In this document: piece after piece, positions 60,683 to 64,000 of the stretch
How the letters are laid out: each line of letters begins with the position of its first letter
Position numbering within the stretch: the first letter of the stretch is position 1
Origin: an uncultured Candidatus Saccharimonas sp.
Lineage (GTDB): Bacteria; Patescibacteriota; Saccharimonadia; Saccharimonadales; AQU-01
Length of the DNA stretch: 64,000 bases
Assembly (NCBI GenBank): GCA_943358095.1
Contig: CALRGT010000001.1
Coordinates: forward strand, 82,842 to 146,841
Reading direction: 5' to 3'
The notes under the pieces: model-generated
What the model was told of the DNA's origin: nothing
The model's database searches: none
What the model saw: the letters and a program-made list of their open reading frames with translations, nothing else
Translations under genes and position numbers: made by a program

Positions 60683-62227
60683 CTATTTTTTGAAGCTAAA
60701 ATCTTCACCGTAATGCTTTTTGAGCCGTGAACGAATTGAACCAGGATGTCGTCCGAAAGTTTCCGTCAATATTTTGAGCTTAGCCCCAGAATCAAATAAA
60801 GTTTGTAATTTCTGATCTTCATCTTCCGACCAGGGCCTATAGGCATTTGGGTAGATTGCGCGCATTTTTTCTAACTTTTCAGACCATGTGCCGGCTACTG
60901 TCTTTTCTTTGGTTTTTTTGATTATTTTCGGCCTAGATTTTTCGGCCTCTTTCCAGTTTGATATCGCTATAGCATTTAGCTGCAAAGCCTGTTCGCTTCT
61001 TTCTCGCAAGTCTATATCAATCTGACGAGCTAAGGAGCTGACTCGTAGAGCCATGCCATTTATACCGTCCAACACTAAATTATCTAATCCTCGAACTCTA
61101 GACAACGCCACGTATCCCATTCCTTCAACAAAGGCTTTACTAAGATCAATTCTGGCAGAGTCCAATGTCATACCTTGACTCTTATGTACTGTAATAGCCC
61201 ACGCTAATCTTAGAGGCAATTGAGTTAATTGCGCTCGACGTTTGTCGCCATCTACCAACTCCCAAGTATCGGGCTTGATAGTTAGTGTTTTACCATTAAT
61301 TAATTTAACAATTGGAAATCCACTGTCGTCGTCAAAATCATGTACAACTCCAAGGCTACCATTAACAAATTTCTTATCCTGGCTATTTTTGATACACATT
61401 ATGACCGCACCAATCTTTAACTCTAGTACCTCAGGGGCAAGACATGATCTTTTTAATTGTTCTACAAATTTTTTTGATCCTGTAGTCGTCATCTCAAATA
61501 TTTTTGAATCCGTATAGAGCTCATTCAAATGCTCAAAATTAATTCCATCCACGTCAGCATTTGTGGTAAGTAGCCGCGTAGTCGAAACCCATGGATCGGC
61601 GACAGCATCGGCTCGCGATTTTAGTACATCAATTTGGCTTTGGCGCAAAACTCCGGCACGAATTCCATTTAGTATGTCCGTGTATTCTTGGTCTGCTTTT
61701 TGTCTATGCTGCTCCATTAAGTAGCACACTGCAAAAGTTTCACCCCTCCATGAATTAGACATAGTCACAAAACTACCTTGGCGAGAATCATAACGATTAA
61801 TTGGCGGTAGCTGGAAGAAATCTCCACTCATAACAACTTGCAAACCACCAAAGGCTCTGTCGTTTTCTCTTATTTTGCGTGTAACCTCTTCTACTAGGTC
61901 TAGACGGAAATCATGCAACATACTAATCTCATCAATAACCAATATGTCAGCTTTGATTATTAAATCTTTTCGTTGTTTGCTCATTCGTTGAAAGAATTGA
62001 TCGGGTAATTCGTCATGCACCCCAATACCTGACCAAGCATGAAGCGTAGTGCCATTTAAGTGCGTGGCGGCAAGTCCTGTCGTAGCCGTCACCGCCACGT
62101 TCTTCCCTCTTTGTCTGGCCCTATGAATAAACTTGTTCAGGGTATGAGTCTTGCCTGACCCTGCCGCACCGGTTAGCAACACAGAATTTCCTGCCTCTAG
62201 TATCGCTAATGCTTCGTCTTGCGTCAT
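60683..62227 (-). CDS. PIF1-family DNA helicase
   Basis: TGAAGSGKT, IDEISML, GDFFQLPP, QLPLRLAWAITVHKSQGMTLD, YVALSR. Confidence 0.94.
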   Translation of the reverse strand: MTQDEALAILEAGNSVLLTGAAGSGKTHTLNKFIHRARQRGKNVAVTATTGLAATHLNGTTLHAWSGIGVHDELPDQFFQRMSKQRKDLIIKADILVIDEISMLHDFRLDLVEEVTRKIRENDRAFGGLQVVMSGDFFQLPPINRYDSRQGSFVTMSNSWRGETFAVCYLMEQHRQKADQEYTDILNGIRAGVLRQSQIDVLKSRADAVADPWVSTTRLLTTNADVDGINFEHLNELYTDSKIFEMTTTGSKKFVEQLKRSCLAPEVLELKIGAVIMCIKNSQDKKFVNGSLGVVHDFDDDSGFPIVKLINGKTLTIKPDTWELVDGDKRRAQLTQLPLRLAWAITVHKSQGMTLDSARIDLSKAFVEGMGYVALSRVRGLDNLVLDGINGMALRVSSLARQIDIDLRERSEQALQLNAIAISNWKEAEKSRPKIIKKTKEKTVAGTWSEKLEKMRAIYPNAYRPWSEDEDQKLQTLFDSGAKLKILTETFGRHPGSIRSRLKKHYGEDFSFKK

Positions 62228-62349
62228 TTGTTTAGTATTCTTCCCTGTTAAGTACCGATTAGGACATTTATCAACTCCACCACTAGCTGGTACAATATTT
62301 TACCATGGCTGGATAATAATATGACGAACTTTTGCTAAAAATATATATT

Positions 62350-62910
62350 TTAGGGCTTGTTCTTCTGAACCTTTTTCTTGTGCGAGAAATAAGCAAGTTC
62401 ACGCCTCATCTGATCGATGCGTACGATATAATTCTCAAAGGCTTTGAGCAAATTAGAGTATTGCCAGTTTGGAGTCATGATATGTAGTAGCTTATTTTGC
62501 TCTATGAGATATTCTATCAAGCCATAAAAATCACCGTCACCAGAAACGATTATTGCTTTGTCATAATTTGCTATCTCGCGCATCGTCCACAATACTAAGT
62601 CGGCGTCAATATTGCCCTTTATAGGCTTCTTCTCTTCTGGCTCCGCGCCTACATCTGCAGGCTTGTCGGTATTAACTTTATTTAAATTCTGTGTCGGTTT
62701 TAAAACTACTAAAAATCCTAAGTCGTGCATTTGCATATACATGTCTTCAAATTCGGGCATATGTCCGATGAACATATAGGCTTTAGTAACGCCATATTTA
62801 TCCTGAAGCAGCTTGCGAAATTTACGCCAGTCCATCTTCCAGCCCATTTTCTGTGTGCCTAGATTAAGATTCTGACTGTCAATAAATGCGTAATTACCTT
62901 TAGGTTTCAT
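62350..62910 (-). CDS. NYN (LabA/DUF88) PIN-fold protein
   Basis: AFIDSQNL, KGNIDADL, IVSGDGDF. Confidence 0.9.
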   Translation of the reverse strand: MKPKGNYAFIDSQNLNLGTQKMGWKMDWRKFRKLLQDKYGVTKAYMFIGHMPEFEDMYMQMHDLGFLVVLKPTQNLNKVNTDKPADVGAEPEEKKPIKGNIDADLVLWTMREIANYDKAIIVSGDGDFYGLIEYLIEQNKLLHIMTPNWQYSNLLKAFENYIVRIDQMRRELAYFSHKKKVQKNKP

Positions 62911-62972
62911 GACTAAATAATACCACGCCGGGACTCAGACATCATCAAGCATAAACAAAATTAATGCCAATC

Positions 62973-63515
62973 TTAACCATACATTATATTATTTCTGGAC
63001 GATGATATTGTGTAATTATGTCGCCTATGCAAACTTCTTATCAGTATTTTGGTTTCAGATATTATCATCAAGATGCCAGGTATGTAGACTCCCACAATTA
63101 GCCCAACTGGGTTGCGTAGCAACTTTACAATTCTTCCAGCTATTGTGGACCTAAGGCGCATAATTCCAGTTATTTGATGCAACCTCAGCGGCGGATCAGT
63201 AGACTGCAGATTATCCCCTTTTGTTACCAAATACCCTTCTGTAATGTTTACAGAATATACGCGGTGAGTAATTGTCTCCTGTTGATTTATCCTACTTTGA
63301 AAGCTAATGACGTCCCCCACCCTCGGCCAATTTGCCAAGGGTGAGACTACAACTAGGTCGCCAACTCTTATTTTAGGTTCCATGCTTCCAGATTCTACTG
63401 TAACCAGTTTAAAGCCCTTCAGCTCTACGACAGCCAGAAATACGCTAACTGTAACTATGCCCATAATCATTACGAGCTTAGAGAACTTAGCAACCCAGTA
63501 GAGTATGTTCTTCAT
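62973..63515 (-). CDS. sipW: Signal peptidase I, SipW type
   Basis: V.SGSMEP, GD.I.F, ITHRV, TKGDN (Ser-His type). Confidence 0.9.
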   Translation of the reverse strand: MKNILYWVAKFSKLVMIMGIVTVSVFLAVVELKGFKLVTVESGSMEPKIRVGDLVVVSPLANWPRVGDVISFQSRINQQETITHRVYSVNITEGYLVTKGDNLQSTDPPLRLHQITGIMRLRSTIAGRIVKLLRNPVGLIVGVYIPGILMIISETKILIRSLHRRHNYTISSSRNNIMYG

Positions 63516-63521
63516 ATATGC

Positions 63522-64000
63522 CTAATTTGTTCCAGTGCCAGTAAATACAAGATCCAGGTCGCTGATCTGTGCAGTTTGCCCTATAAAGGCGTCTGCCGAC
63601 ATTATTGCCTGTAGCTTATATTCGGCAACCGCACTACCACTCAATGAATCCGTAAGACTAAGCCCACCATTAATATAACTATCGACTAACGCTTTGACCG
63701 TGAAGGTCTGAACGGTGCTTGTGTCCTGCCTAGTCATAACAAACGAAACTTTAGTTAGATCAACATTGCTAAGATTTACTGGGATGCTACCAATAGAAAT
63801 GTGCAGTCCAAGATTAGCGTTTCCGTAATTCTTCAAATAGAATATGTTACCGTCAACTGGCGCAGCAATACCTCCAGGAATTAAATCTACAAAATTAAAC
63901 CCAATGCGAGTAGATGAAAAACTTGTAGCAGAAGTTCCGATTCTTAAATCGGCGGTGGCACTAGAAATAGTGCTGTTGGTTAGTGTAGCTTGTGGACTTT
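63522..64000 (-). CDS. TasA/camelysin-like SipW substrate, 5' end outside the window
   Basis: Frame stays open to the window edge (SPQATLTNSTISSATADLRIG...LIPG...LKNYGN); adjacent to SipW. Confidence 0.65.
   Translation of the reverse strand, partial: SPQATLTNSTISSATADLRIGTSATSFSSTRIGFNFVDLIPGGIAAPVDGNIFYLKNYGNANLGLHISIGSIPVNLSNVDLTKVSFVMTRQDTSTVQTFTVKALVDSYINGGLSLTDSLSGSAVAEYKLQAIMSADAFIGQTAQISDLDLVFTGTGTN

Overview
Bacterial chromosome segment whose gene content and style suggest a small-genome Patescibacteria/CPR organism, probably Saccharibacteria (inference). About 0.5-16 kb is an accessory/stress region: DHH pyrophosphatase bracketed by ~75-bp direct repeats, class F sortases with a His/Asp-rich substrate, glutathione peroxidase, heliorhodopsin, TerC, glutaredoxin, NRAMP. 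About 16-49 kb mixes core genes (pyrH, xth, gltX, der, pth, dprA, topA, three tRNAs, type IV pilin, two PAS kinase/receiver pairs) with orphans. From 49.7 kb all genes are on the minus strand (dcw cluster, YvcK, GH1, PIF1, NYN, SipW/TasA-like). Top observations: (1) two related operons, one with a full Y-family polymerase and one with a stand-alone polymerase finger fragment between two paralogues of the small partner protein, both preceded by the same promoter and a related ~250-300-nt structured leader; (2) a ~565-nt ORF-free minus-strand unit between pth and dprA with a near-consensus promoter, UUCG hairpins, long-range pairings and a terminator, a candidate large ncRNA; (3) a symmetric dif-like site at the gene-orientation switch near 49.19 kb. 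All calls are by eye, with no database searches.
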